The notes under the pieces were generated by a model, which worked only from the letters and a program-made list of their open reading frames with translations, ran no database searches and was not told where the DNA came from. From Phoronis australis (taxonomy: Eukaryota; Animalia; Phoronida), in the NCBI GenBank assembly GCA_002633005.1, contig NMRA01000425.1, positions 220,805-284,804 on the forward strand: 64,000 nucleotides of DNA. The letters run 5' to 3'. Made by a program: the position numbers and the translations under genes. Of this stretch, positions 63,840 to 64,000 are shown one piece after another (within the stretch, counting starts at the first letter, position 1; each line of letters opens with the position of its first letter).

Positions 63840-64000
63840 CTGAAAAGTACAAAAACCGATGTTTTGAACACAACAACGCTGCGTCACAAATAGCAAGCTG
63901 CAAGGGTTGTCAATACTCCCATAACAGAATTATAGAACTTAAAGCTGCAGTTCGCCCAGTTTAGCTGACTGAGAATAAAAATCGAATTAACCCCTTCGCT

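Overview
AT-rich, intron-rich, repeat-rich animal genomic DNA. It is probably from a marine invertebrate, which is an inference from the repeat types and protein similarity. There are four N-gaps (30338-30554, 31527-31603, 48935-49323, 59766-60054). Two convergent genes dominate the window. On the + strand is a chondroitin sulfate synthase (CHSY1-like) locus with an unusual architecture. Three paralogous exons (A 13524-14318, B ~26655-27368, C ~33772-34515) each encode a signal anchor plus most of the N-terminal GT31 (fringe-like) domain. Each ends at a phase-0 GT donor at the homologous position. All three lie upstream of a single constant exon (39130-40740) that encodes the end of the GT31 fold and the GT7 domain. 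This suggests a variable-exon/constant-exon glycosyltransferase cassette system, analogous to UGT1A, GCNT2 and protocadherins. On the - strand is the 3' part of EFL1 (ribosome-maturation GTPase): 15 exons traced, 45003-63839, with the 5' end outside the window. Introns and intergenic DNA hold non-autonomous DNA transposons (TA-, TTAA- and 6-bp-TSD types, one carrying a decayed HIRAN ORF), SINE-like heads and many minisatellites. Most short ORFs in the track are spurious. All family assignments come from motif recognition, not database searches.
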